Source: Escherichia coli (GTDB lineage Bacteria > Pseudomonadota > Gammaproteobacteria > Enterobacterales > Enterobacteriaceae). From it: a stretch of DNA of 64,000 nt. The DNA lies in NCBI RefSeq assembly GCF_030384885.1, contig NZ_CP128613.1; one strand, 5' to 3'. The notes under the pieces were generated by a model. It was not told the origin of the DNA. It saw only the letters and a list, made by a program, of their open reading frames with translations, and did no database searches. The position numbers and the translations under genes were made by a program. Below are positions 1-16,502 of this stretch, one piece after another (the stretch's first letter is position 1; every line of letters starts with the position of its first letter).

Positions 1-112
1 GTGCGCCAGATAAGACACAACAGCGTCGCATCAGGCATCTCGCACAACCGCCGGATGCGGCGTGAATGCCTTATCCGGCGGCCCACAAGTCGGCATCAGG
101 CATTGATGCCCC
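1..112. repeat. REP/BIME-like cluster of palindromic units
   Basis: Direct read: units such as gccggatgcggcgtgaatgccttatccggc match the enterobacterial REP consensus; the 110-aa ORF called across it is an artefact. Confidence 0.7.
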
Positions 113-1069
113 TCAATACCCCATGTTTTTCTTCTTCTCTAACTCTTCTTTTGCAGTATCAGGCAGGTAAAGGGTGGACTTGGTCAGGGTCAGCTTTTCA
201 GGCAGGGTGCCGTCTTTTTTATATTTCTCCAGCGCATCAAAAGCGGGGCCTGCCATGTTCGGCGTCAGTTCAACGCTGGCGTTCGCTTCGCCATCAATCA
301 TCGCTTTGTAGATGTCCGGCACGCCGTCGATAGAGCCTGTCAGGATATCTTTGCCCGGTTTCAGGCCCGCTTCTTTAATTGCCTGAATTGCACCAATCAC
401 CATGTCATCGTTATGGGCGTAAACCATGCAGATGTTTTTGCCGTTGTTTTCCGCTTTGATAAAGCTCTCCATCACTTCTTTGCCTTTGCTGCGGGTGAAG
501 TCACCTGACTGCGAGCGGATAATTTTGATATTTGGCGCATTCTTAATGGCTTCGGCAAAGCCTTTCTTACGGTCAATGGCGACGCTGGCCCCAACGGTGC
601 CCTGCAGCTCCACCACGTTGCATGGTTTGCCATTCACTTCTTTTACCAGCCAGTCACCGATCAATTTGCCTTCGAGGATGTTGTCGGCAGTGACGGTGGT
701 CATATAGAGAGATTTGTCTTTCACATCGATGGAACGGTCAAGCAAGAAGACCGGGATTTCGGCATCTTTCGCCTCTTTTAATACCGGTTCCCAACCAGTC
801 GCCACCACCGGAGCGATAAAGATCGCATCCACCCCTTGTGCAACGAAGGAACGTACCGCTTTAATCTGGTTTTCCTGCTTTTGCTGACCATCGGCAATTT
901 TCAACGTGATACCGCGTTTTTCGGCTTCACTTTTCGCCACGTTGGTTTCTGCGGCGCGCCAGCCGGATTCCGATCCGACCTGCGAAAATCCTACGGTTAA
1001 TGGAGCGGCCAACGCCATAGACGACATGGCTGCCGAGACTGCAGAGACTACAAGTATGCGTTTCCACAT
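113..1069 (-). CDS. ytfQ: Periplasmic sugar-binding protein of ABC transporter (galactofuranose-binding YtfQ)
   Basis: 318-aa ORF with N-terminal signal peptide; matches E. coli YtfQ from memory; position next to ppa as in K-12. Confidence 0.93.
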   Translation of the reverse strand: MWKRILVVSAVSAAMSSMALAAPLTVGFSQVGSESGWRAAETNVAKSEAEKRGITLKIADGQQKQENQIKAVRSFVAQGVDAIFIAPVVATGWEPVLKEAKDAEIPVFLLDRSIDVKDKSLYMTTVTADNILEGKLIGDWLVKEVNGKPCNVVELQGTVGASVAIDRKKGFAEAIKNAPNIKIIRSQSGDFTRSKGKEVMESFIKAENNGKNICMVYAHNDDMVIGAIQAIKEAGLKPGKDILTGSIDGVPDIYKAMIDGEANASVELTPNMAGPAFDALEKYKKDGTLPEKLTLTKSTLYLPDTAKEELEKKKNMGY

Positions 1070-1331
1070 AGGGTTGTCCTCGTCGGGGTAATTATTATTG
1101 GTGAAAAGATGTTCGCGAAAAAACTATAGACAATTCGTTATGTAACGGATTGCGTTACATCACACTTCAAAAAAGTAAATAAAACGTTAATCACAAGTTT
1201 GTAATCGCTTTCATCTCACTATGAAAAATGCGGCTACGGTTATGGATTTTCCTGCTCTTTAAACCACCTTAAAACTGGCTAAAAAGGAAAATGAAGAAGA
1301 AAACAAGCGAAGACATTCGGCGCGAGTTGGC

Positions 1332-1337
1332 TATAAT
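1332..1337 (+). promoter_or_regulatory. Candidate -10 hexamer (tataat) of ppa promoter
   Basis: Perfect TATAAT about 40 nt upstream of the ppa ATG; -35 not canonical; inference only. Confidence 0.35.
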
Positions 1338-1378
1338 ACTCGGCACTTGTTTGCCACATATTTTTAAAGGAAACAGAC

Positions 1379-1909
1379 ATGAGCTTACTCAACGTCCCTG
1401 CGGGTAAAGATCTGCCGGAAGACATCTACGTTGTTATTGAAATCCCGGCTAACGCAGATCCGATCAAATACGAAATCGACAAAGAGAGCGGCGCACTGTT
1501 CGTTGACCGCTTCATGTCCACTGCGATGTTCTATCCGTGCAACTACGGTTACATCAACCACACCCTGTCTCTGGACGGTGACCCGGTTGACGTACTGGTC
1601 CCGACTCCGTACCCGCTGCAGCCAGGTTCCGTGATTCGCTGCCGTCCGGTTGGCGTTCTGAAAATGACCGACGAAGCCGGTGAAGATGCGAAACTGATTG
1701 CTGTTCCGCACACCAAGCTGAGCAAAGAATACGATCACATCAAAGACGTTAACGATCTGCCTGAACTGCTGAAAGCACAGATCGCTCACTTCTTCGAGCA
1801 CTACAAAGACCTCGAAAAAGGCAAGTGGGTGAAAGTTGAAGGCTGGGAAAACGCAGAAGCCGCTAAAGCTGAAATCGTTGCCTCCTTCGAGCGCGCAAAG
1901 AATAAATAA
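1379..1909 (+). CDS. ppa: Inorganic pyrophosphatase
   Basis: 176-aa ORF whose translation matches E. coli Ppa from memory. Confidence 0.97.
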   Translation: MSLLNVPAGKDLPEDIYVVIEIPANADPIKYEIDKESGALFVDRFMSTAMFYPCNYGYINHTLSLDGDPVDVLVPTPYPLQPGSVIRCRPVGVLKMTDEAGEDAKLIAVPHTKLSKEYDHIKDVNDLPELLKAQIAHFFEHYKDLEKGKWVKVEGWENAEAAKAEIVASFERAKNK

Positions 1910-1925
1910 GTTCTTCTAGTGCCAT

Positions 1926-1965
1926 AACCCTGAACGCCGGGCTTCGGTTAGTAAGGGTTTTTTAT
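1926..1965 (+). terminator. Putative intrinsic terminator after ppa
   Basis: GC-rich imperfect hairpin (aaccc...gggtt) followed by a T-run; stem not perfect. Confidence 0.45.
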
Positions 1966-2251
1966 GCCCGCGATAAATAAACTCTCTATTCCCCTATCAT
2001 TATTCTCAGCGCTTGCAAGGCTTGAACGGTAAGAACAAGCTAAACTCGACCACCATTTTGCTGTTCATAGCCGCTTGCTGGAAATTAGCCGACCTCACTC
2101 ATTCTCACCGTTCAAAGCGTGCCCCCGTTTTACCCCTGCGTAATTGTGAACGCCAGCAGAGTTTTTTATGCGTTTACGGATATGGAAAGCGGCTCGGAGA
2201 GAAAAGCTAAAGATGGGGAAGTTACAAAAAAAATCGCGAGATACATCGCAT

Positions 2252-2286
2252 AAAACAACGCCACCCGAAGGTGGCGTGCTTTTATT
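2252..2286. terminator. Bidirectional intrinsic terminator between ppa and ytfP
   Basis: Hairpin acgccacc-cgaa-ggtggcgt flanked by an A-run upstream and a T-run downstream, directly after the ytfP stop. Confidence 0.7.
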
Positions 2287-2287
2287 A

Positions 2288-2629
2288 TTACTTATCCCTG
2301 TCTAACCAGTCGCCGCTTTCAATTAGCTTTAATCCATCGACGGGTCGTTGATAAACGTACATCCATGCACTCCCGTACGGCGTCTGAATCAACTGGCGCG
2401 CGTATTCACCGCCCCTGGTGCGCAAGGCATCAAGTTCGGCCAGCGTGGCGTTGTCAATACGATAAACTTCACCGTGTACTGTTCCGTTCCCCGGAACTGC
2501 GCCTGGATAGTGGCCCAGGCTATACAACTGGTAGTTATCGATACTGAAATCGCCCAGTAACTGGGCATTGGTCATCCAGTGACTGTTGCCTTGTTTGTGG
2601 CGTAAACTGCCGTAGACAAATATTCGCAT
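2288..2629 (-). CDS. ytfP: Gamma-glutamylcyclotransferase family protein YtfP
   Basis: 113-aa ORF; matches E. coli YtfP from memory; immediately upstream of tamB. Confidence 0.9.
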   Translation of the reverse strand: MRIFVYGSLRHKQGNSHWMTNAQLLGDFSIDNYQLYSLGHYPGAVPGNGTVHGEVYRIDNATLAELDALRTRGGEYARQLIQTPYGSAWMYVYQRPVDGLKLIESGDWLDRDK

Positions 2630-2631
2630 TG

Positions 2632-8183
<5,552 letters not shown>

Positions 8184-8346
8184 TTAAACGGCTTAACAAA
8201 AATCCAGTAATATGGATTAAAAAGCAGACTAAACCCCAAATATTTCTTATGTTTTACTTTAGACCTATTCACGGTGGTTATTGTGTGCAAATACGTCTCT
8301 TGTTACAACCTTAACCCCAATGACCGATTTTCGGGAGAGCGACACC

Positions 8347-8985
8347 ATGAGTTTATTTGATAAAAAGCATCTGGTTTCCCCCGCCGATGCCCTGCCTGGA
8401 CGTAACACCCCGATGCCCGTAGCCACGCTGCATGCGGTCAATGGTCACTCAATGACCAATGTACCTGACGGAATGGAGATTGCCATTTTTGCGATGGGTT
8501 GTTTCTGGGGTGTGGAGCGTCTGTTCTGGCAGTTACCCGGCGTTTACAGCACCGCCGCAGGTTACACCGGCGGATATACGCCAAACCCCACTTATCGGGA
8601 AGTGTGCTCCGGTGATACTGGTCATGCCGAAGCGGTACGCATTGTTTACGATCCTTCAGTCATCAGCTATGAGCAGTTGCTACAGGTATTTTGGGAGAAT
8701 CACGATCCCGCCCAGGGAATGCGTCAGGGCAATGACCACGGCACGCAGTATCGTTCAGCGATTTATCCGCTGACCCCAGAACAGGATGCCGCCGCTCGTG
8801 CCAGTCTGGAGCGTTTTCAGGCGGCGATGCTTGCCGCCGATGACGATCGTCACATCACCACGGAAATCGCTAACGCCTCACCATTTTATTATGCCGAAGA
8901 TGACCACCAGCAATATCTGCATAAAAACCCATATGGTTACTGTGGAATTGGCGGAATTGGCGTCTGTCTGCCGCCGGAAGCATAG
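8347..8985 (+). CDS. msrA: Peptide methionine sulfoxide reductase MsrA
   Basis: ORF contains the GCFWG active-site motif; start set at MSLFDKK (ATG at 8347) rather than the upstream extension in the ORF track. Confidence 0.93.
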   Translation: MSLFDKKHLVSPADALPGRNTPMPVATLHAVNGHSMTNVPDGMEIAIFAMGCFWGVERLFWQLPGVYSTAAGYTGGYTPNPTYREVCSGDTGHAEAVRIVYDPSVISYEQLLQVFWENHDPAQGMRQGNDHGTQYRSAIYPLTPEQDAAARASLERFQAAMLAADDDRHITTEIANASPFYYAEDDHQQYLHKNPYGYCGIGGIGVCLPPEA

Positions 8986-9031
8986 CGTTACGGTTACAAA
9001 CTCAGATTGTTGATAAAGTGAGCTTTGTTTA

Positions 9032-9131
9032 TGCCGGATGCGGCGTAAACGCCTTGCCAGGCCTACAAAACCCTCAAAATTCAATGTATTGCAGAGACCT
9101 CGTAGGCCTGAACAGCATAGCGCATCAGGCA
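9032..9131. repeat. REP/BIME-like palindromic units
   Basis: atgccggatgcggcgtaaacgccttgccaggcctac plus a second unit ...cgcatcaggcag in the msrA-ytfL intergenic region. Confidence 0.65.
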
Positions 9132-9307
9132 GTTTTGCATTTATCAGTCGTCTGAATTTTAACCCTCTGGCGACTTTACAGTACCTTACGCTATACTAGC
9201 CACTGAAAATGCCGGTTCACTTTCTTCGAATCGGCTTTCAATGTGTATTTCACACAAATTAATCAACTTCCCCTTCCGAGGATCTGGCCTGAAAGGTCGG
9301 ATAAGAT

Positions 9308-10651
9308 ATGTTAAACAGTATTTTTGTCATACTCTGCTTGATCGCTGTAAGTGCGTTCTTCTCGATGTCCGAGATCTCACTTGCCGCTTCACGCAAAATC
9401 AAACTAAAACTGCTGGCTGATGAAGGCAATATAAATGCCCAACGCGTTCTGAATATGCAAGAAAATCCTGGCATGTTCTTTACCGTGGTACAAATCGGTC
9501 TTAACGCAGTGGCGATTCTCGGCGGTATTGTCGGTGATGCGGCGTTTTCTCCAGCTTTTCACAGCCTGTTCTCCCGCTATATGTCGGCGGAACTCTCTGA
9601 GCAACTGAGCTTTATTCTCTCTTTCTCGTTAGTAACTGGCATGTTTATCCTGTTTGCGGATTTAACTCCGAAACGCATCGGTATGATTGCGCCAGAAGCG
9701 GTGGCTTTGCGTATCATCAACCCGATGCGCTTCTGCCTGTACGTTTGCACCCCGTTGGTGTGGTTCTTCAACGGCCTGGCGAATATGATCTTCCGTATCT
9801 TTAAACTGCCAATGGTACGTAAAGATGACATCACTTCTGATGACATCTATGCAGTTGTGGAAGCAGGTGCACTGGCGGGCGTGTTACGTAAACAGGAACA
9901 CGAGCTGATAGAAAACGTCTTTGAGCTGGAATCCCGTACCGTTCCGTCGTCAATGACACCGCGTGAAAACGTGATTTGGTTTGATCTCCACGAAGATGAG
10001 CAAAGTCTGAAGAATAAGGTGGCGGAACATCCGCACTCGAAATTTCTCGTCTGTAATGAAGATATTGACCACATCATCGGCTATGTCGATTCTAAAGACC
10101 TGCTGAACCGCGTGCTGGCTAACCAAAGCCTGGCACTGAACAGCGGCGTACAAATTCGCAACACACTGATTGTGCCGGATACATTAACCCTTTCAGAGGC
10201 ATTGGAAAGTTTTAAAACTGCGGGTGAAGACTTCGCGGTGATCATGAACGAGTACGCGCTGGTCGTTGGGATCATCACCCTCAACGACGTAATGACCACA
10301 CTAATGGGCGATCTGGTCGGTCAGGGACTGGAAGAGCAGATTGTCGCCCGTGATGAGAACTCATGGTTGATTGATGGCGGCACCCCGATTGACGACGTAA
10401 TGCGTGTGCTGGATATTGATGAGTTCCCGCAGTCAGGCAACTACGAAACCATCGGCGGCTTTATGATGTTTATGCTGCGTAAAATCCCGAAACGCACCGA
10501 CTCGGTGAAATTCGCCGGCTACAAATTTGAAGTGGTGGATATCGATAACTACCGCATCGACCAGTTGCTGGTAACGCGGATCGACAGCAAGGCCACCGCC
10601 CTTTCGCCCAAACTGCCTGACGTTAAAGATAAAGAAGAAAACGTCGCGTAA
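9308..10651 (+). CDS. ytfL: Inner-membrane CNNM/CBS-domain protein YtfL (CorC/HlyC family)
   Basis: 447-aa ORF with N-terminal TM helices followed by a soluble region; matches YtfL from memory; synteny. Confidence 0.92.
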   Translation: MLNSIFVILCLIAVSAFFSMSEISLAASRKIKLKLLADEGNINAQRVLNMQENPGMFFTVVQIGLNAVAILGGIVGDAAFSPAFHSLFSRYMSAELSEQLSFILSFSLVTGMFILFADLTPKRIGMIAPEAVALRIINPMRFCLYVCTPLVWFFNGLANMIFRIFKLPMVRKDDITSDDIYAVVEAGALAGVLRKQEHELIENVFELESRTVPSSMTPRENVIWFDLHEDEQSLKNKVAEHPHSKFLVCNEDIDHIIGYVDSKDLLNRVLANQSLALNSGVQIRNTLIVPDTLTLSEALESFKTAGEDFAVIMNEYALVVGIITLNDVMTTLMGDLVGQGLEEQIVARDENSWLIDGGTPIDDVMRVLDIDEFPQSGNYETIGGFMMFMLRKIPKRTDSVKFAGYKFEVVDIDNYRIDQLLVTRIDSKATALSPKLPDVKDKEENVA

Positions 10652-10659
10652 CCCCAAGA

Positions 10660-10697
10660 AACATCAACGGCTCCTGAATCAGGAGCCGTCTTATTTA
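10660..10697. terminator. Bidirectional intrinsic terminator between ytfL and ytfK
   Basis: Perfect palindrome ggctcctga-a-tcaggagcc followed by a T-rich run on both strands. Confidence 0.7.
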
Positions 10698-10713
10698 CTG
10701 CATAGCACTTTGG

Positions 10714-10920
10714 TTAAGCCATCTCTGTTTGCAGACGCATAACCTGACGGTTAACTTCGGACATCACTGACAAATGCAGCTTATCCTTCACTTTTGGGAT
10801 AAGAATCTTACCCTTATCAAATTCAAAAGCGCCAACGTCCTTGATGTATAACCGTCCACGGAACAGGATCTTTACGTACTTCGCCACCTGCAGTGGGTTG
10901 TACCGTTGGAAAATTTTCAT
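10714..10920 (-). CDS. ytfK: Small DUF1107 protein YtfK
   Basis: ORF contains [22 protein letters not shown]...; conventional 68-aa start chosen over the longer ORF-track version. Confidence 0.88.
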
Positions 10921-11245
10921 TGTTATCTCCTGCTGAGTATTACGCCTTTGCGGTGCCACAATCGGCCCAACTATTATGAGGCGCAAATTTTAATGCTTAG
11001 TGACTATAGACTATCCGGGTAATGTTTCCACCGCGTATAACTTTTTTTACCTAAAGGTTACAATTATTCAGAATTATCTTTTTACCGAAGCGCGGTCTTC
11101 AGTATAAGCATTCATTTTTCATATGATTTGTGCGCTTGACCGCAAACTGGCATCACACTTGCGGGAAATTCGATAAATAGCACATATGATTAAAAGTCAG
11201 ACCCCAAGTGGTCGGATCACCTGCATATCATAAGAAGGATACACC

Positions 11246-11800
11246 ATGACCCTACGCAAGATTCTGGCACTCACCTGCCTGCTGTTGCCGATGATGGCTT
11301 CCGCACATCAGTTTGAAACCGGTCAACGAGTGCCACCGATAGGCATTACCGATCGGGGCGAGTTAGTGCTTGATAAAGATCAGTTTAGCTACAAAACCTG
11401 GAACAGCGCGCAGTTAGTGGGAAAAGTGCGAGTACTGCAACATATTGCTGGTCGCACCTCTGCAAAAGAGAAAAACGCGACGCTGATTGAAGCGATTAAA
11501 TCAGCAAAGTTACCGCACGATCGTTACCAGACCACCACCATTGTGAACACCGACGACGCGATTCCGGGTTCTGGCATGTTTGTGCGCAGCAGTCTGGAGA
11601 GTAATAAAAAACTTTATCCCTGGTCGCAGTTTATTGTCGATAGCAATGGCATCGCGCGCGGTGCCTGGCAGCTGGATGAAGAAAGTTCCGCTGTAGCGGT
11701 GCTGGATAAAGACGGTCGAGTGCAATGGGCCAAAGACGGTGCGCTCACTCAGGAAGAGGTGCAGCAAGTGATGAACCTGCTGCAAAAGTTGCTCAAATAA
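11246..11800 (+). CDS. ytfJ: Periplasmic protein YtfJ
   Basis: 184-aa ORF with signal peptide (…MMASAHQ); synteny. Confidence 0.9.
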   Translation: MTLRKILALTCLLLPMMASAHQFETGQRVPPIGITDRGELVLDKDQFSYKTWNSAQLVGKVRVLQHIAGRTSAKEKNATLIEAIKSAKLPHDRYQTTTIVNTDDAIPGSGMFVRSSLESNKKLYPWSQFIVDSNGIARGAWQLDEESSAVAVLDKDGRVQWAKDGALTQEEVQQVMNLLQKLLK

Positions 11801-11830
11801 TGTTAATAACATAAATTCTGGAAAAATAAA

Positions 11831-11862
11831 TTTCCCCTATCGATATATATGGGATAGGGGAA
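11831..11862. terminator. Bidirectional intrinsic terminator between ytfJ and ytfI
   Basis: Hairpin tcccctatc-gatatatat-gggatagggga with A/T runs on both sides. Confidence 0.65.
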
Positions 11863-11900
11863 TTAAGTCTCTGAGTTTTTACGCCGAACTCATACTAGTA

Positions 11901-12824
11901 TCAATAACCCTTATTCGCGTTTAACGGTTTTACCTCTTTTTTAAACGCTTCAATGGTAGATTTATATTTCTTGTGAATCTTTTCTTCGGTATAATTACCG
12001 TTTGCGGCCAGATTTGCACTTACAATCGCTTCCACTTGCTCGGTTATTTCCACTTGTTGGTAACCTGCATCAACCAGAAAATTATAAATAAGAGAGTAAT
12101 CTTCACCCTGCAAAAAAATATAAGAGCCAGTTCGAAGTTCCTCATCCCCTCCATAGATTTTAAGAGCAAAGCCCAAAGATTCTATGACCATGGCATAATT
12201 TCTATTATTTATTTCCTCGCAAAAATACCATCCTTCACATTCTTTAATGCTACCTTCTGGCCCTTCAAGTTCAAATTTACCCCGTTTTAATTTGCTTACT
12301 ACATTCTCCAAATAAGCAGAATTGTAAGATAAGTTACCCGCCGCCTTCCGAAAATAACCGTTAATCCTTTCAGGTATGTCAGACTGTTTTTTCTGCAAAA
12401 TATCATAGGTATACAATCTTCTATTTTGTGCTAGTGGAAATTCACGGTTTTTAAAGTCTATAAATGAGTTATACTCATTTATTGTTATAGGGATTTCTTC
12501 GTATTCAAATCCAGTGCCTCGCAATGTCATTGTATATTCGGCACCGTTATCTTTAAGGCGGAAGCTGATAAGAAAATTATCCATGGAGTGAACGGTTTCA
12601 TCTTTTAATGAAAGCACCTGATAACTATTTTTATCGATCTGTGTTGCTCTAAGAAAGAACTCCCTTAAAATTAACAAACTATCATAATTCGAAATCCAAT
12701 CCCTTTTCTTAAATGCATGCTGAATATTATTAAAGAAATTATTTGAATGTATTTTTGTATGCGATGACTTTACAAATAACTCCACTGCACCAAAAAAATT
12801 ATTGTGTCTGATCTTGGGTAACAT
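11901..12824 (-). CDS. ytfI: Uncharacterized protein YtfI, AT-rich
   Basis: 307-aa ORF, markedly AT-rich versus flanks; no motif I recognise; position between ytfJ and cysQ as in K-12. Confidence 0.8.
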   Translation of the reverse strand: MLPKIRHNNFFGAVELFVKSSHTKIHSNNFFNNIQHAFKKRDWISNYDSLLILREFFLRATQIDKNSYQVLSLKDETVHSMDNFLISFRLKDNGAEYTMTLRGTGFEYEEIPITINEYNSFIDFKNREFPLAQNRRLYTYDILQKKQSDIPERINGYFRKAAGNLSYNSAYLENVVSKLKRGKFELEGPEGSIKECEGWYFCEEINNRNYAMVIESLGFALKIYGGDEELRTGSYIFLQGEDYSLIYNFLVDAGYQQVEITEQVEAIVSANLAANGNYTEEKIHKKYKSTIEAFKKEVKPLNANKGY

Positions 12825-13036
12825 ATGACAACCTTATTATATTTGGTTATTCTATGTCGCCATTAAATATCTTATTAAAGAAGTAAACTATCAAAAAAAG
12901 CTCATTATTAAAACATAACTTATTAACGTTAGAATATTTACACTTTAAATACAATCCCTTTATATCTATAACTTTTTAGGTTGGAAACAAATCAGGATGG
13001 CAGAATCAGGAAATACACTGTTTCTGCCATATATAT

Positions 13037-13777
13037 TTAATAAATAGAGACTCTGAACCCAGGATTCAGGAACGACTCGCGCGGGGTATAATCCAGCGGT
13101 TTACCCTGCCAGTCGTGAACGTGTGCTCCGGCCGCTGCCGCAACTGCGTGACCGGCAGCGGTATCCCAAATATTAGTTGGCCCGAAACGCGGATAGAGTT
13201 GAGCCTGCCCTTCCGCCACCAGGCAGAATTTCAGCGAAGAGCCGATAGACGTGGTTTGATGTTCGCCAAGCTGTTGCAGATACTCTTTCAGCTCCGCATC
13301 CGCATGGGAACGGCTGATCACCACCAGCGGCGGGCGCGCATCGCGGACCTGAATCTGCTTGCGTACACCGCACTCTTCTTTCCAGGCTTTGCCGTCTGCC
13401 GCGCTGTACATTACGTTCATTACCGGCGCATACACCACACCTAAAATCGGTTTGCCGTGGTCGATGAGCGCAATATTAACGGTGAATTCACCATTACGTT
13501 TAATAAACTCTTTAGTACCATCCAGCGGGTCTACCAGCCAGTAACGCTGCCAGTGTTGACGGACTTCCCAACCGGGAGGATCTTCTTCAGAAAGGACCGG
13601 AATATCCGGTGTCAGCGTACGTAAACCGTCCATGATAACGGTGTGTGCGGCAATATCCGCTGCCGTTACCGGAGAATTGTCCGCTTTGCTGACGACGTCC
13701 ATCGGTTTCGTCCCGTCGTAGACCTGCATAATGGCATCGCCTGCATTCCGTGCAAGCTGGCATACTTGATCTAACAT
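13037..13777 (-). CDS. cysQ: 3'(2'),5'-bisphosphate nucleotidase CysQ
   Basis: 246-aa ORF with inositol-monophosphatase-family motifs (DPLDGT, WDTAAG). Confidence 0.95.
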   Translation of the reverse strand: MLDQVCQLARNAGDAIMQVYDGTKPMDVVSKADNSPVTAADIAAHTVIMDGLRTLTPDIPVLSEEDPPGWEVRQHWQRYWLVDPLDGTKEFIKRNGEFTVNIALIDHGKPILGVVYAPVMNVMYSAADGKAWKEECGVRKQIQVRDARPPLVVISRSHADAELKEYLQQLGEHQTTSIGSSLKFCLVAEGQAQLYPRFGPTNIWDTAAGHAVAAAAGAHVHDWQGKPLDYTPRESFLNPGFRVSIY

Positions 13778-13966
13778 TTCTCCACCTCGTCTCTGTGAGC
13801 GGTGTTAACTTGTTGTTTTACTTATACCCTATCGTTAAAGAATGCGCCAACTGTGATAGTGTCATCATTTTCAAAGCGTTAAATTGTGGCATTCTTCACT
13901 GTTCTAAAAGTAAGAGGTTTATTCTCCCTTTTCTTTCGAATTCCCGATGATAAAAGGATGTCCCTG

Positions 13967-15910
13967 ATGATTAAGTTTAGCGCAACGCTCCTGGCCACGC
14001 TGATTGCCGCGAGTGTGAATGCAGCGACGGTCGATCTGCGTATCATGGAAACCACTGATTTGCATAGCAACATGATGGATTTCGATTATTACAAAGACAC
14101 CGCCACGGAAAAATTCGGACTGGTACGTACGGCAAGCCTGATTAACGATGCCCGCAATGAAGTGAAAAACAGCGTACTGGTCGATAATGGCGATTTGATT
14201 CAGGGGAGTCCGCTGGCCGATTACATGTCGGCGAAAGGATTAAAAGCCGGAGATATTCACCCTGTCTATAAGGCATTGAATACGCTGGACTATACCGTCG
14301 GCACACTCGGTAACCACGAGTTTAACTACGGTCTGGATTACCTGAAAAATGCACTGGCAGGAGCGAAATTCCCTTATGTAAACGCCAACGTCATTGACGC
14401 TAAAACCAAACAGCCCATGTTTACACCGTATTTGATTAAAGACACCGAAGTGATCGATAAAGACGGAAAAAAACAGACGCTGAAGATTGGCTATATTGGC
14501 GTCGTACCGCCGCAGATTATGGGATGGGATAAAGCTAATTTATCTGGCAAAGTCACCGTTAACGATATAACGGAAACTGTGCGCAAGTACGTACCTGAAA
14601 TGCGCGAGAAAGGTGCCGATCTCGTTGTCGTTTTGGCGCATTCTGGTCTCTCTGCCGATCCGTATAAAGTGATGGCAGAAAACTCAGTTTATTATCTCAG
14701 TGAAATTCCGGGCGTTGACGCCATTATGTTTGGCCATGCTCACGCCGTCTTCCCGAGTAAAGATTTTGCGAATATCAAAGGGGCTGATATCGCCAAAGGC
14801 ACGCTGAACGGCGTTCCGGCGGTAATGCCGGGCATGTGGGGCGATCATCTCGGCGTGGTCGATCTGCAACTCAATAATGACAGCGGAAAATGGCAGGTGA
14901 CGCAGGCGAAAGCGGAAGCACGGCCGATTTACGATATCGCCAATAAAAAATCCCTCGCGGCGGAAGACAGCAAGCTGGTAGAAACACTTAAAGCCGATCA
15001 CGACGCCACACGCCAGTTTGTCAGCAAACCAATCGGTAAATCTGCCGACAATATGTATAGCTATTTGGCGCTGGTGCAGGACGATCCGACCGTGCAGGTG
15101 GTGAATAATGCACAAAAAGCGTATGTCGAACATTACATTCAGGGCGATCCGAATCTGGCAAAACTGCCGGTGCTTTCAGCTGCCGCACCGTTTAAAGTCG
15201 GTGGTCGCAAAAATGATCCGGCAAGCTATGTGGAGGTGGAAAAAGGTCAGCTGACTTTCCGTAATGCTGCAGATCTTTATCTCTATCCCAATACGCTGAT
15301 TGTGGTGAAAGCCAGCGGTAAAGAAGTGAAAGAGTGGCTGGAGTGCTCCGCCGGACAGTTTAAGCAGATTGATCCTAACAGCACGAAACCGCAGTCACTC
15401 ATTAACTGGGATGGTTTTCGCACCTATAACTTTGACGTCATTGATGGTGTGAATTATCAGATTGATGTTACTCAGCCCGCCCGCTATGACGGCGAGTGCC
15501 AGGTGGTTAATGCCAATGCGGAAAGGATTAAGAACCTGACCTTTAACGGCAAGCCGATTGATCCGAACGCGATGTTCCTCGTTGCCACCAATAACTATCG
15601 CGCTTACGGCGGCAAATTTGCAGGTACGGGCGATAGCCATATCGCTTTTGCTTCACCGGATGAGAACCGCTCGGTGCTGGCAGCGTGGATTGCAGATGAG
15701 TCGAAGCGTGCGGGGGAAATTCACCCGGCGGCAGATAACAACTGGCGTTTAGCACCGATTCCCGGCGATAAGAAACTGGATATCCGTTTCGAAACCTCTC
15801 CGTCAGATAAAGCCGCAGCGTTTATTAAAGAGAAAGGGCAGTATCCGATGAATAAAGTCGCGACCGATGATATCGGCTTTGCGATTTATCAGGTGGATTT
15901 GAGTAAGTAA
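13967..15910 (+). CDS. cpdB: 2',3'-cyclic-nucleotide 2'-phosphodiesterase/3'-nucleotidase CpdB
   Basis: Start set at [19 protein letters not shown] (signal peptide) giving 647 aa; metallophosphatase motifs (GNHEF, GHAH). Confidence 0.95.
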   Translation: MIKFSATLLATLIAASVNAATVDLRIMETTDLHSNMMDFDYYKDTATEKFGLVRTASLINDARNEVKNSVLVDNGDLIQGSPLADYMSAKGLKAGDIHPVYKALNTLDYTVGTLGNHEFNYGLDYLKNALAGAKFPYVNANVIDAKTKQPMFTPYLIKDTEVIDKDGKKQTLKIGYIGVVPPQIMGWDKANLSGKVTVNDITETVRKYVPEMREKGADLVVVLAHSGLSADPYKVMAENSVYYLSEIPGVDAIMFGHAHAVFPSKDFANIKGADIAKGTLNGVPAVMPGMWGDHLGVVDLQLNNDSGKWQVTQAKAEARPIYDIANKKSLAAEDSKLVETLKADHDATRQFVSKPIGKSADNMYSYLALVQDDPTVQVVNNAQKAYVEHYIQGDPNLAKLPVLSAAAPFKVGGRKNDPASYVEVEKGQLTFRNAADLYLYPNTLIVVKASGKEVKEWLECSAGQFKQIDPNSTKPQSLINWDGFRTYNFDVIDGVNYQIDVTQPARYDGECQVVNANAERIKNLTFNGKPIDPNAMFLVATNNYRAYGGKFAGTGDSHIAFASPDENRSVLAAWIADESKRAGEIHPAADNNWRLAPIPGDKKLDIRFETSPSDKAAAFIKEKGQYPMNKVATDDIGFAIYQVDLSK

Positions 15911-15937
15911 AACACTTTTCCCGTCTATAAATATGAA

Positions 15938-16034
15938 CCGCATCCGGCATTTATTGGCGGATGCGGTGCTGCTGCATCTTATCCGCCCTACAGGTCATGA
16001 ACCGTAGGCCGAATAAGCGCAGCGCATCCGGCTG
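15938..16034. repeat. REP/BIME-like palindromic units
   Basis: ccgcatccggcatttattggcggatgcgg ... gcgcatccggc units between cpdB and ytfH. Confidence 0.65.
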
Positions 16035-16415
16035 TTATGCCGCACGTTCATCCCGCACTGCCAACACCTCAGGCAAATTCAACTCAATCCAGTCCGCCAG
16101 TGCAGCAACCTTTTCGCTCACCTGCTCGCCCAGCGGCGTGAGGCTGTATTCCACATGCGGCGGCACCACCGGATAAGAGATACGGTTAAGAAACCCATCC
16201 TGCTCTAACGCCTGTAACGACTGCGCAAGCATCTTTTCACTCACCCCACCCATCTTGCGGCGCAGGTCGCTAAAACGGTGCGTACCTTCGCGAAGCGCGA
16301 CCAGAATCAATACCCCCCAACGGCTGGTGACGTGTTTCAACACCTCGCGCGACGGGCACTGTTCGGCGAAGAGGTTACCCTCTTTCAGTTGTTGCGACAG
16401 GCTAGCCTGGCTCAT
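16035..16415 (-). CDS. ytfH: HxlR-family transcriptional regulator YtfH
   Basis: 126-aa ORF with winged-helix HxlR-type features; divergent from qorB. Confidence 0.9.
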   Translation of the reverse strand: MSQASLSQQLKEGNLFAEQCPSREVLKHVTSRWGVLILVALREGTHRFSDLRRKMGGVSEKMLAQSLQALEQDGFLNRISYPVVPPHVEYSLTPLGEQVSEKVAALADWIELNLPEVLAVRDERAA

Positions 16416-16502
16416 TCATACTTACCTTTTTGTACGTACTTACTAAAAGTAAGTTTAGGTGGTAGCGTATTTAAACACAAGACAAACCGATGGAGGCTTC
16501 CC

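Noticed and set aside
1-333. 110-aa ORF at the window start
   Set aside because: It is the translation of a REP/BIME cluster and of the antisense strand of the ytfQ 3' end.
2013-2210. 65-aa ORF in the ppa-ytfP intergenic region
   Set aside because: Starts with TTG, no Shine-Dalgarno sequence, and overlaps terminator-like structure; not a chpS/chpB-like product.
8281-8346. N-terminal extensions in the ORF track (this msrA example; likewise cpdB, qorB, ytfF, fklB, ytfB, ulaD, ulaA, ulaB, bsmA, yjfN, rnr, mutL, amiB)
   Set aside because: Extensions run into intergenic or upstream-gene sequence and use alternative starts; the conventional starts give the lengths I recall for the E. coli proteins.
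12990-13036. Hairpin ggcagaa...ttctgcc downstream of cysQ as a terminator
   Set aside because: The loop is long (~16 nt) and the flanking run is not clearly T-rich in the cysQ direction; too weak to call.
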